This document shows positions 26,961-39,221 of a DNA stretch of 64,000 nucleotides, one piece after another; within the stretch, counting starts at the first letter, position 1, and every line of letters begins with the position of its first letter. Under the pieces are notes generated by a model, which saw only the letters and a list, made by a program, of their open reading frames with translations, searched no databases and was not told the DNA's origin. Made by a program: the position numbers and the translations under genes. Where the stretch lies: positions 1,736,001-1,800,000 of the forward strand of contig JAYWIR010000009.1 of NCBI GenBank assembly GCA_036172245.1, in the 5' to 3' direction. This DNA is from Raillietiella orientalis (lineage: Eukaryota).

Positions 26961-28839
26961 TCTTTCAAGATTTCGAAATTCGGGATTTTGACCCATCCGC
27001 CTACTCTGCAGGCACGATTCGGGGAACAGGGATAGGCAGGCCGGTAGGGAAGCGCGCTCGGAATGGAGTTTGAGGGGCCAGTGAGATACAAAAATAGGTG
27101 CATAAATACATAGGGGCATGGGAAGAGATCGGGAGCATGCGTTTACCGTCTCCGGGAGATGGAAGTCTCTGCGTTCCCGCGCCGCGCCCTTCTTCCTGCG
27201 CCTTCCCGTCCTCCCTCAGTCCTCCTCAGAACGCCCACCGAGACGGAAGCCCCAGGATTTCATCCTATTCCGGCCGAGATCGAGCGGTGATCCCGGAGCT
27301 TCCCTTGGCGGGAACGGCACCGCCGCCACCCTTCATCCAAGACGGATTGCCCACGCCTCGCGAAGGCCCCGAGGGTCGCACTTGTCCGATCTTCGCCCCC
27401 CATCCCACCCAACTCCATCCCCACCCGGATCTTCGGAGGTCCGCGCGCCCGGACGCCGCGGCCTTCCGCCGCCGCCGACCGGAAGGGCTTCCGAGATCTC
27501 TTGGTATCGCTCTCTCGGCACCGGACAGGGAGCCCTGGCTACGGAAAGGGGAAGAACCAAAAAGCGGGCGTCCCGTCGTTTCCCCTGCCCTCCGAAGAGC
27601 GCGAGACCTCCTCCGCCACCGTTGCCGCTTCTTCCCGAGGGAACCGCTGCCGTGCGGGGCGCATCCTCTCCCCCCTAAGGCCGGTTCTCTTCGGCGCAGA
27701 CAACCACTTCCGTTCCCGCGCTCCCGAAGAGCAAGCAGTCTCGGGAGGGGGGGGGTTGGGCGGACACGCGCGATCTCCGGGAGAATCCTACAAGAAAACA
27801 CGCGGTTCCGGTTGCAGTCCTCCGGCTTGAGTCCGGAGATGCATGACCTCCTGCCTCGCCGATAGGAGAGGAGATCCGAACCCGTCTCGTCGCAATGCAT
27901 CTGAGTGTGAAAGTGGCTGCAGAGTACCCCAGCGAGGAGCGGCGGCCTCAAGATGAACTGAAAGTAGGGACAGGGGAACGTGGAGGTGGAGATGGATGGA
28001 CGTAGGAGGGCGTTCCCGAAGGTAGTTCTGCGAGGCGCGGCGGCAGAAAGGATGCGGACGTCCCCTTCTGTCGTGGGCGCGGTCCAGTCTGGAGAGCCCA
28101 GAGGACAGGGAGAAGGGTGCATGTGAGCTGCAGGACGTCGTCCGCTTGTCCATGTTCAGGGGTGGCAGCGGGTCGAGGAGATTACCCCAGGATGCAGCGG
28201 AGATGAGCCAGATGCACAAGCCATTAGGAATGCACACCCTATCGTTCCCATTTCTCCTTCTCCCACATTCACATTCACCCCTTTATAACAAATTGAAGGG
28301 TGAGCTATAATCACCTTGCAGTCTTCTTGCCAAAGGCATGTTGAACTCCTCATTGCACTAGCCACCGTCTCTGTTCCTGATCCCACGCCTACATTTCCCA
28401 AACGACCGTGCCGACTCTTGACCTCTCACCTTCAGCATGATCTCCCCCCAGGAGCTACTGAGCAACAGACTCCACGTGAGCCCGAGGGTGCTGCAGGTGT
28501 ACTCCAGTGCTGGCCGTTTCCACAGGAGATACCCCGATTAAGATCACGCCCTCTGCCCGTAACTTCCGGGTCCCCTTCGGTGAAGTGACCTGCTTGGTTT
28601 ATCACTCGGTCACTCCGGGACGTTTATTATAAAAATAATAAACATACATAGGTAGGGCCATCGACCCTACATTGTCCGAAAATGCTCGGAACCTGCAGAG
28701 TAACCTGCGCGCGGGTCGGCGAGGTTCGCCTCGGCAGCAGAGGAGAAGGGGGCAAACAGAAAAAAAATAAAATGAAAGTCAGTAAAAAGGAAACCCATGG
28801 GGGCGCGGGAAAGGATTACCGTCCACTGGAGGGCGTCCT

Positions 28840-31800
28840 CTGCATCCTTTCCAGGATGCAGGCAAGTTCTATCCGAGGATACCCCAAGTGGGACTATCTA
28901 GCTGCCGTCCGCAGGAAGTGCAGAGCGAAGCAAATGGCGTCCCCCTATCTTGCCGTTCTCCTCTCGCGTAGCTCCAGGCGGCCGCAATCCCACGTAGGCA
29001 GCAAAGAGCTGCTGGCGATGCGACAGGCGAAAAGGCATCGCGCACGAAGAGGTGCTTCATCGCGTCCCTAGGGCTGTCCGTCGGTGCACGAAGGTCGTTG
29101 CGTAACGCAACTACAGGGGCCGGAGGGTAGTCTACGAGCAGGCGCGAGAGGGATTCCCGTTCCCCGCACCTCCAGCAGTTGGGGTCCACAGCCCGCAAGG
29201 TCCAGAGCGTTGCACGGGAGACCTCAGTTCAACAGCAGAAGTGCCGATTCCTGCCACTTCAGGAGGAGGGCCCGGCTTCAGCGCTGGGTGCCACTCGAGG
29301 TCTTCCTTTAGGATTCCCAGCAGCAGCTCACCGCAGTCCCTTCGGTCGGGCACTTGGAGTCGCAGCGTCCGTGAGCTGGCTCGTGGTCCAACCGCCTAAT
29401 TCCTTCGCTCTTCCACCGATCCCACATCGGACCTCGCATTGGGCTGGCTGATTCCTGTTCAGGTGCTTCCTGAGGGAGGGCAACGCCGCCCCGTCTGAAT
29501 AGGTTCTTTGCGCTCGAGCACACGCGGTGGGCTGCCAGACGACGTCCTGCTGCGAGCGGTTGTTGTAGAAGGAGGGCAGCAGTCGCTGCCGCATCTCCGG
29601 GATCGCTTCTTTATTCTTGGCCCGGTGCGAACAGTTTCCTGCAACCAGGCACTACCATTTGCGGGCCGGCAAGAGATCCAGTTGTTCGTCCTGGTCAGCT
29701 TGGTCACTCTCCAGAGCTCCAGTCCGCAGCTGGACACGCTGCATCTGCGCCACCGCTCCAGGAACGAAAACAGTCCCGTGTAGCCGGTGGCTCACTTGAC
29801 CAGGTATCGTGACCTGCTCTGTGTGACCCCTGAAGAACTCGGGCAGCAAGGCTTCCGGAGTGCTAGACTCTGACCAACGAGTCCTCTTGACATAGCGGGG
29901 AGGAAGCGACATAGTCCGAGGGCGAGACTGCCTCGACCACGCTCTCTGATTCGCCATGCGTTCCGGACCGAGTGCACTTCTGCAGCTTCTTCCTCTGCGC
30001 AGGCGCACTCAGAGGGAAACATCCGCTATCGCGGTGGTCCACATTTCCTGCGGAAGAATCCGATCCTAAGCAGGGAGAAGGAGGAGGGCTGGCGATCGCA
30101 GCCGACTCGAAAAAAGCCTTGAACCGTCGATCAGGAACTCTCCCTGGAATCGCTTGGCCTTCCACCATCCTTGTCCTCCTATTTGCATGCAACCTGGCGC
30201 TGAACTATAATAAATATTTTTTTCAGCCGCCTCCATGTGTATGGCGTGCCTGTCAGAACGGGGGTAAGGCAGGGGCGAGCCCTTTGCTCTTTAGTTTATA
30301 CTTTGAGCTGGTGCTTAAGGCGTACAAACTCTCCTTTAGATCCTTGCCCTCCAATTGAGCGTGCGCACCAGCAGTTGCGGCGTATGCCGACGACTTGCTC
30401 GTCCTCTTACCCCAATCCACCACGGTGGAGAGGTTCGAATCGTTTTTCGGCCTCATCCAGATGAGAGCAAGGTCGGAAAGTCGTCCATATTGCCTACAAA
30501 TTCTTCGTGGGACGGGCGCTCAGGTTGGGATCATCTGGGGATTCCGTTGCGCAAGCATCTGAAATACCTGGGGGTCCCTTTGGGGGACTTCTCGAAAGAG
30601 GAAGTCTGGTCCGAGCGCCTCGATAAGGTAGGGATGGCGCTGGTCTGTTTTGGGGTGGCAGATTCCTGCTCCCCGAACGGACCTTAATCTGGAATAATAC
30701 GTCGTCCCCCTCCTCCGTCCCTTATTTTTTGTTTCCGTTCAACGCCTCCCAGTAGCCAGGCGAAGGGAATCTTCCTTACTAATGAAGCTCCTGTGGGGTA
30801 TTGTTGGTCGCTCGAGGGTCAGACTTAAAGACATTTATGCCCCGAGACGAGACGCCGGGATTGGCATCTACTGCAGACCAAACTTCTATTTCTCTGGGTG
30901 ATCATATCCATTGCTGGTCCTGGTCGCTTGACCAGTCGCTCCAGACCGTAGATGGGCACTTTGTAACGATCGCCGGTATCAGCCAGCTAGATCGATACTC
31001 TTGAGCACCATGGGCAGCCAGGGATTGGTAGTCCCATGGACCAGCATCTTGCCAAGAGGCCAAACCTTCCCTCTCTCGCAAGTAATGTGGTTGCTAGGAA
31101 ACTATAACTGGATCTCCTGTTGGTCAAGAAACCTCAAGGCCTGGGGTCAGGGATCTTGCATCGCAACATGGTTTCGGCTGATGAGACCACATCTCGACGG
31201 CCACGACCAGCGTCCCAGGTCATTGCATCAGCAGCTAGGAGAAATTATAGATTCCCCGAGAGGGGTGGCGGAATTCACTCCTGCCGACCTTCTGGAATCA
31301 GCTGCGTTCTAGAGATGGCGCCGAGCAAGAGGCAGAGTGGGATATCAGCTGTGATGTTAACGACCAGAGTGTTCCCCTTCTATCGCGAAAGACCAGTGAA
31401 CTGGCAGTACTCGCGACCCCCATACTTAAGTTTAAAGGCCTCCCCCGCTGGGCCAACTTCCTGGGAATTTCGAACAGGGGTTCTGTGTGCCCAAGAGATG
31501 TGTCGACAGCACACTGCCGCTGCCTCTTTGCAACATTGCCCTACACTTCCTACACGGGAACCTTCACAGCAACGACAGGAGGTTCCATGCATCGGGAAAA
31601 CGTGAGTTCCCGAACTGCAGGCCGATATGGCTCTAAAGAGACGCTTCCACATCTGCTGATTGGATGCCCGGCGGTTCGGCGGGAATGGGAACGCCTGGCA
31701 TATGCCATCACGCCCTCTCCGGCGGAACCCCAAGGAGGTCCTCCTTCGCTTCTTTCAGCACACAGGTCTCCCAGATTCTGCAATAATTGCAGAATCTGGG

Positions 31801-32214
31801 AGACCTGCACCTGCATTCATGGAGTCCGAGTCAGATACATCCTTGAACGGCAACACAAAAAGACCACGGCGTGGGGCCTCGCTTACCCCATTCTCGACAG
31901 TTTCTCGACAATCTCTGCGATGGTACTCGCTCCCTACGGCCACTAGGCTGGAGCCAGCGAGCATTCTTCATCGTCTAAGGAATAGAAGGATCGGTCTAAT
32001 CAGTACCCCCCTTCGCCCCCTGTCCCAGATGGAACTATTGGCCCTCCCCCGACCCTCTCCTGCCCCCGCCCATCACAGCCCCGTTTCTCCCCCTATGCAC
32101 CCCCCTTTCTCGATCCTTCGTCTTCAAGGTGAGGCAGCATCCCTGCCAGCTTCCAGTCCCTCCCATCACTTGTAATGTAAGTCTCGATTGTAAGTTTATT
32201 TACATATAAATAAA
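28840..32214 (+). mobile_element. Decayed non-LTR retrotransposon, L1/Tx1-type ORF2 (RT plus C-terminal Cys/His motif)
   Basis: RT motifs occur in order across frameshifts: DSKKALNR (about 30104; consensus DfeKAFDr), GVRQG (30261-30275) then SPLLFSLY, YADD (30383-30394), KYLGV (30562-30576), KLLWG...IYAPRRDAGIG (about 30785-30870; L1/Tx1 W...P...GGLG), ETLPHLLIGC (31638-31667). AATAAA at 32209-32214. The 5' boundary is approximate; 28220-28588 may be an ORF1 relic. Confidence 0.85.
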
Positions 32215-34751
32215 CGGCCCGGCACAACCGGGTTCGAAGGCCCACATTCCCGGGTCTTATCTCTAATGTGGCTGAAGGAAGCGCGCGGAGGCTTCCTCGC
32301 CCTCGCTTTCCCTTCCTGCGGGAAAAACTTGTGGCTGTCATCGAATCCTGCTTCCCCTCCATTCGCCCTACGATTGCGGCGATGGATGATCACATGGCAT
32401 TGAGAAACGAGCCCGCCTCCGATGGATCGATTGACCTCTCTAGAGTCCGACCTAATTCGAAGGCCTCTGGAAGATACCACGAGCGCATGAAGGATTCCTC
32501 TAAGGTTTCCTCTAATCCCTCCAGCATTGTTCACTTCCCGTCCTTTCCTTGCTTCCTGGTCCAGGTCGACTCCATGAAAGCACGCCCCTCGTGCTCCACC
32601 AGGAGTGTTTCAATGTCAGGATGGGAAATTCTGTGAGATTGGGTTACAGAGGTGACGATCTTCAGTACAAACTCGGAATCCAGCATCAGGCTGGATTCCG
32701 AGCAACGAAGCGCCGCGTATCCTAGGGAACGCGAACCGTGGATCTTGGCAGCGAGCAACGCCGCATGCAAACGACTGCCACCGCTTTTCGTGCAGCCTCG
32801 CATCTGGAAAGATCTCTTCGGAGCTCGGTGGAAATTCTTGGAAGCACCTGTTGAGAGCACGGCGATTTGCAGCGCACTTCTGAGCCCTTCCGCACCCGAT
32901 TTCCTAGACTACCAAACACCCTGTATGAGGGGGGGCATAAAAAAAAAAAAAAAAACTCGCTAAGGGACTCTGCCCATCGGAGCGAGCACGGGGCCTTAAA
33001 CATTCAGCCAGTTGGAGTGAAACCGGCACAGAGTAATGGCAACCGAAAACATGAGCTGACTGAGACGGATCATTACGGCTGCTGTGGACAAAGGTGGTGC
33101 AACATAAAAAAGGCGCGGCATTTTCGGATGAAGTAAAATCGTGGAAAACGGAGAGAGAAAAGGAGAGTTACAAAGCTCAGGAACTACCACGGGAAGTCCA
33201 CGCACACGACAAATGAGAGGGAGTCAACTTTTCAGGGACCCAAGCGAGGTAATTGGGTGTCTTTGGAAGCGCACTTCAGACGGAAATAGTTTACATGAGC
33301 GAGGTGTTTTCTGGTTCAAAATTGGTTCCGTAGAGGGCATGGAGCCGCTGAAATGAGAAATGGAAAGAGCAAAATCGATAGAAACGACAAAGTCGGCGTC
33401 GGTGTACGTTGGAACCGGAGGAAGAAAGAGCACCGATAAAGGTAAGCTGACACGTCATCCTTACTTGAAGAATGATTTGCTGAGCGAATGGAGCAAGAAT
33501 CCACGTGAGGCAAAGCACTCCTGAAGAGCCAAGGGAGGCAAACGTGCCAAGCACTCCCTTCATATTCTTAAAACATTAGCATTAAGCGAGCATACGTAGA
33601 ATATCTAAGAAACTCCATGACGAGCCGGTGAAGAATTCGAATGATCTGCAGCTTACGAATATAGAAGTCCCAGAAGCTTTTTGCCCACATCAAAAGCATG
33701 CCGAAGATTCCTCTTCAAGGCCACAAAAGTACTCGTAAAGTGTAAGAAAGCTTAGAAAGCTTACAATGTAAAACGTTCGGGCAGCGAGGCAACTCGCCCA
33801 GCTCATTTCTCATCGACGTGTATTGCCAAATTCCGGGGCTTTTCGCAGAAAAGGAACGAATAAAAAACAACGGGAAATCTTCAACGGAGAAAATAGCTTC
33901 AAAAGAAAACGCAGAAATAATCAGCGCCGTACACACACACACACACACGTGGCCAAGCGATCAAGTACAAAGGTAATCTGGAATAAAAGGAATCACGAAT
34001 TTCAATATGCTGGATAAATGCTATGCTTCAAAGAGAGAGACAGTCATCAGCCAGGAAACAACGCTGAAAGAAATGTTGGAGAAGAGAATATGCGGTCATC
34101 ATTAGCAGAAGACAGACGTCTATCGATAGTTCGTGACTGATGATGGGGCCACAGAACTCGGATGACGTGCATTCCAAAAAAAAAAGAAAGAAAAGAAACG
34201 GATTGATGCGGACAAAACTTCCCCCAAAGCATTATTCATCTGAAGGTGAATAATATGTTAGCCAGGGTGAAAGGTACACCATGGAAAAAAATTTACTACA
34301 TCAGATACGCACTACGTCTGTCGTACAGACTTCATCTGGACTATCTGAAGACAGACCTAAAACATGGCGTCCAGACATAAAGCACGCTAGAAAGAAGGGA
34401 AGTGGAAGATCAGGAATTCCACTGTGACAGATGGCGAGGAATGGGGATAAATTCGAACTCCTCTTCGATTTTCATTCGTCGAGTGAAAGCAAACAAAAAT
34501 CGCGACAAGATACTGAGGAGAAAGAAGTAGACTTGGACCGTGGTTAACCGTAGAATGACCACACCCGCAAAGATAGAAAGGATTGGAAACGTCGTCATGA
34601 CGAGGCATTCGCGATTCAATGTCAAAGCTACACATGCGACCCCACTTGAAAAAAAAAAAAAGAAAGAAAAACGATATTCATGACCCGAGCGATTCAGTGC
34701 ACACATCACCGCTGGCGAAAGCTCTCCAACGGAAATACGAAACATTCCCTT

Positions 34752-34752
<1 letters not shown>

Positions 34753-34782
<30 letters not shown>
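34753..34782. repeat. (CA)15 microsatellite
   Basis: Read directly; a shorter (AC)n tract lies at 33931-33948. Confidence 0.95.
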
Positions 34783-34784
<2 letters not shown>

Positions 34785-35726
34785 GAATTGCGATTGGTCT
34801 CGCGCTTCCATCCACATGCGGCGCGCTGGACCACTTCCGGTGAGTAGGCCGTGGTCCGAGGGAAGAACCTCCCGACTTCCGGGAAAGAACCGACAGACGT
34901 GGAAAGGGTCAAAAACGTAAGCAGCCGCAGGCCCTGTCGGAAAAGCACTCTCGAGTGACCACTCCGATCTCGCCAGGAGACCCCGCGACCCTCCAGCACT
35001 GCGGGTGGCAGCGCCGGCGACTCGGCCAAAAAAACACTTCGTGTCGATCGCAACCACCAAAAACGTGTTTGGGGCATTGGGGGATAGCACTCTGCCAGCA
35101 CCTCATTTCCTCCCGAACTATGTAAAACGGAAAACAAAAGTTGCGTAACAGCTCCGACTGTGACGGCCTTATTACTCAACATTTCAGGTGGCACCATTTA
35201 AGCTCCAGTTGGTAAGAACCTACGGGCTGCCCTATTGTGTTCGGAGAGACACGCGGGCTTCCTTGCTTCCACCCTCCGGCGATTTTACGTGGGTGTTTCG
35301 TAATCCATGATGAATGGAGCATTCTTTGTGTTCGTACGAGTTCACCGAGTCGTACGGTTAGAACACGGCTGTAAACAAACACGCCGTGCACGTTACGCAT
35401 AACGCAGCACACGTATAGCAGAAGTAGAATGTGATTTATGCTTGTGGCACATTTATTATGGTTTTCCGACTGCTTTTTTTTTTTTCTTTTTTTTTCAAAA
35501 AAAAAAGAAAAAAAGTTGCATGAGATACATTCGTGTTCAATAACAACTGGTGTACCGACTAAAAAGTTTTTCAATTCCAGATGCACGATTGTTAAAATTT
35601 TGCCATAAAATAACATAACGGATCCCGAAATCAAATTAACTGGGCAGTTAAGGTGGTACTTTTTCAAATCTGACTTCAGCTTTTTATGTGGATACCAATT
35701 AGAAGCCCAAAAGCCTTACCCCAGCA

Positions 35727-35963
35727 ATGTCGGGCGGAAACGTACCTTACAACCCATATGATGTCCACAGAACCCCTCCTGAAATTACCAATTTCCTAGA
35801 TTTAAGAAATTACGTCAGAGAAGAAAACCTTGTTTTTCCTTTAATGATGACAGCGGCTGGATTTGCCCTAGCATTTATTCTGTTTTGTGTCTTCAAGACC
35901 TTTTGGCGCTACTTAGAGTATCAAGATTCACTCAAATCTGAACAAAAAAGGAATTTTGTATAA
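35727..35963 (+). CDS. Small single-pass membrane protein, 78 aa, family not recognised
   Basis: Open ATG-to-TAA frame in AT-rich DNA. Hydrophobic stretch LVFPLMMTAAGFALAFILFCVF followed by basic residues. AATAAA at 36007-36012. Upstream acceptors at 35679 and 35724, and a candidate 24-nt UTR exon at 35188-35211 (tttcag|...|gtaaga). Confidence 0.55.
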   Translation: MSGGNVPYNPYDVHRTPPEITNFLDLRNYVREENLVFPLMMTAAGFALAFILFCVFKTFWRYLEYQDSLKSEQKRNFV

Positions 35964-36006
35964 TTTGGCGGGATATAACAATAGTTCGCAGGCATGATGA
36001 TGGGGC

Positions 36007-36012
36007 AATAAA
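36007..36012 (+). terminator. Poly(A) signal of the 78-aa ORF
   Basis: AATAAA 43 nt after the stop codon. Confidence 0.45.
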
Positions 36013-36035
36013 GTTATTGAGGAGTTCGGATATAA

Positions 36036-36611
36036 TCAGTCTGGTCTTAACCTCTTGTTTGATGGAGGTTCTAGATTTGCATCTTCAAAAAAGTTTGAGT
36101 TGGAAAAGTCGATGCTATCCTGAGTGTCACTAGTCACACTGAAGGCTGCAAAAATGGAAAAAAATGAATGCGTAATGCCCCACTACCAGTGCCCACCTGT
36201 GTTGGAATCCTCATTGGCCATAGACAAATTGAGGGAGCTGCTTTCTGAACCCATCTTATCAATTTTCTTACGAAAGGCTGTATTTTCTTTATTTGCATCT
36301 CGATCTTTGGTATAATCTTCCCTTTTGGCCGTGTTTTTTTTCTTCTGTAACACCTCATCAAAAAAACAGCAGTAACTTTTGGGCAACATGATACCTGTTC
36401 TACTGTGCTGGCAGGAACCCATTTGAAAATCCTCATGGTTGTGTCTCCTATAGTAACCCATTTTTTCTCCCTATGGAAAGAAAGAAAACAGCACTAGAAA
36501 TAAAAGAACAGACACTTACCAGTGCCTTACTTTATCCACAACCAGCATAATACGCTTGATGTCATCTTTAGCACGACTACGAGTCTCTGCACGCACTGAA
36601 CGTGAAATCAT
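36036..36611 (-). CDS. BCL7: BCL7-family SWI/SNF subunit, 141 aa; exons 36611-36520, 36470-36395, 36344-36197, 36145-36036
   Basis: Spliced N-terminus [50 protein letters not shown] is the BCL_N signature. Three GT-AG introns of 49, 50 and 51 nt keep the frame. Ends ...[10 protein letters not shown]. Not shown intact in the ORF track. Confidence 0.96.
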
Positions 36612-36684
36612 GACTAACAAGTAGCTAAAAATGAGGTATACTTGAAGATGACTGATAACTTCGCCAGTTTCCCCAACCCGCTTT

Positions 36685-39221
36685 CTATTTCAATAGCCCA
36701 ATCCCACTGATTAACAGCTGACCACACAACTTTAAGGCAAGCTGCTGAGCCTTTGCCCAGTAGTGCCTCCTCATTAAGCCACTCAATTTGCTAAGTTCTC
36801 TCTCAGAAGTTTGTAGAATCCTGACTGGAAGTGACTATGGATCAGCTATATAAAAATGCTTGTCATTACTACAACTACCTGCACAAGTGCCAACTCCATG
36901 GAATACAGTGGAACACAGATGAAAAATAAAAGCAAATACAACAGCAGCACAATGGGAGGCAATGCACCCAAAAAGTAAATGTGTGTTAAACGTTGGCGGG
37001 ATCTCATCTGCTTATAGTTTTTGTGACTCCAGAGAAGCTGCTCCTGTATGATGACCTGGTTGCAACTCATCAGAGAAACAATACGCCTTAGCAAGCGCAC
37101 TGTTTCAGCTTCAACAGTTTGCCAATAAGCATTTCTGGGTTCAAAATTAGCTACCTTCTCCAGCAACACATTCTGCAAAGACAGGGGATGCAAAAGGAAT
37201 TGCAACTGCAAGTCAGGATCAACACTATGTTGTAAGTCCTGTAATACATTTTCTATATCCATTTCTTTGATTTCTATCTCCCAGGGTAGTGTCAATATAA
37301 GATTAAGTAACTCCTGCCTTAAAATTGTTACATTGTCAAATTGTGGCCAATAGCTTGCCTGCAATGCAGCAACTTGCCTTTGAAAGGGAACTTCCAAAGC
37401 ACCAAGAGCATAATTGTCTATTGCTAAAGTCAGAATGCACACCCAAATTAGGGAATGGGCGAGAGCTGCAGAAAGACTGCTTAGCTCAACTTCTCCATGA
37501 CTAATATGATCACGAAGTCGTGGGCCTGAAGGTTGAACAAACAAATCAAACAGCATATGGAGTAATCCTGGATTTATAATATCAAGTAAGTTATTGCACG
37601 CTCCTGTAGATAAACACTTTGACAAAATGGTATCCATAGTGGTGAACAAACAATGTGTGTGTGTAAATACGGAAAGTGGCAAGTTATTGCACTGGGAATA
37701 TACAATTCTCAAAGTGCACTCTAAAAGTGGCAAGGCAAAAATCACAAAGTCAGGCAATTCTTCACATTCATATAATTGTAAAACATAAGTCCAGGAATCT
37801 TGGAGGTTTCTTGGCACATATTGTGAGGTTTTTATCAACTTCTCAAACTGATGCTGAAAAAACGATGGTAAAGGAACCACACTATGTGAGCAATTTTCAT
37901 TCAAAATCAGTGGTGCTCTGGGAGACATACAAGGAAAGTCAACAAACTTCTGGAATAGTAGCTGACCCATTTGCATTAAAGAATAAATCAGAAGAGAAAT
38001 AAAGGGTTCTCTAAACTGAGCAGGCAGCAAAAATCCATGCCAAAGTAGATTCCTTAGATTGAGAGACCTTGGAGATCCACATAATAATTTTAAAAGGCAA
38101 ATCTAAAAGTACAATATGATCTTTACTTGGGCAGAATCCATACTATGCAATTTGTTTAAAGGTAAAAATATTTCCAATAAAATTCTCCAAAATTCAAGAA
38201 TAATTTTATTCTTATGTAATACTTTGACATACTGTATTTATCATTTTTGCAACATAATTTCAATTATCGATGATATATTGAAAAATAGGGTGATACGCCA
38301 AGAAAAATGATCAAAACAATACAAAAACCACGAATTGGTAATTACTGATTTCTAATTAAAATTATACAAAAGCATTTTTTGTTTTCTGGATAGAATTAAG
38401 TTTTACAAGGTTGCAAATTCCAAAAACTCACTTAATAATACAGACAGAATTACCATCTCGACTGAAAACAGTTCATTCAATTCAGGTAGCACGAGCAAAG
38501 CAGTTAAATGTTGTGGAACACTGGTTCTTTTCATCAGCAGGACCTAAATAATGTATTGTTAAACACATATTCTCATTACAAAAACAACCTAGTTATTACA
38601 CACGTTAAGAAAGCTATGCTGAAAGCTACAGTTATCTTTAAAACTTCCCAAAATCATGTCTAAATGAACATCTACACAGCAGGTGCTAATTAAGTGAAAC
38701 TTTTGTGTGGATGTGAATTACATTTCTTTCTCTTTTTCTCATTCAGTGAACAAAAACACTTTCATGCTTACATTCCCTAAACTATTTTCTAGAGTTGAAG
38801 TTAGCAATAAGCCTATATGAATGTTGAAGACACTTTGTTTCGTCTCTCCTCCTTTAATCATTGTTAACCACTGAGAAATTTTATTCCTAATGAAATCAAA
38901 ATTGGAAATCCAAGAAAGTAACGTAAATAGGTTGCTTGCTTCTGCTTTTTTGATGAAGGATACAAAATTAAAATGGAAGGACCAAATGTTAGGCGCAAGC
39001 TGTCGGGTAATTCGAAGAAAAAAATGCTTTTCATCCTCTGGACTAAATTGCTCGGAATTCCACAATTTGCATAATGGCTTAGTAATCAAATCACCGAAAA
39101 CAACACTAAGGTCTTCCATCGAAGAAACTGCATCACCATTATTGCACATTTCTTCTCTACTCAAGGTTTCCCATAACAATTCAAACACGTATTCGGATAA
39201 GAAGCCTTTCTGACTGTCCAT
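36685..39221 (-). CDS. ERMARD: ER membrane-associated RNA degradation protein (C6orf70/DUF4209), about 637 aa; exons 39221-38772, 38543-38454, 38102-36879, 36834-36685
   Basis: Motifs [57 protein letters not shown] and MRSRQR match ERMARD. All three introns are phase-0 GT-AG. The last exon is inferred through a 44-nt intron. A possible extra 5' micro-exon ATGTGG (39354-39349) would splice to 39239 and add MWENADLT. Confidence 0.92.

Noticed and set aside
36846..36878. ERMARD ending at the ORF-track stop 36846, or via a 33-nt intron
   Set aside because: The 44-nt intron (36878-36835) fits the local intron size class and gives a C-terminus more like ERMARD; RNA confirmation is still needed.
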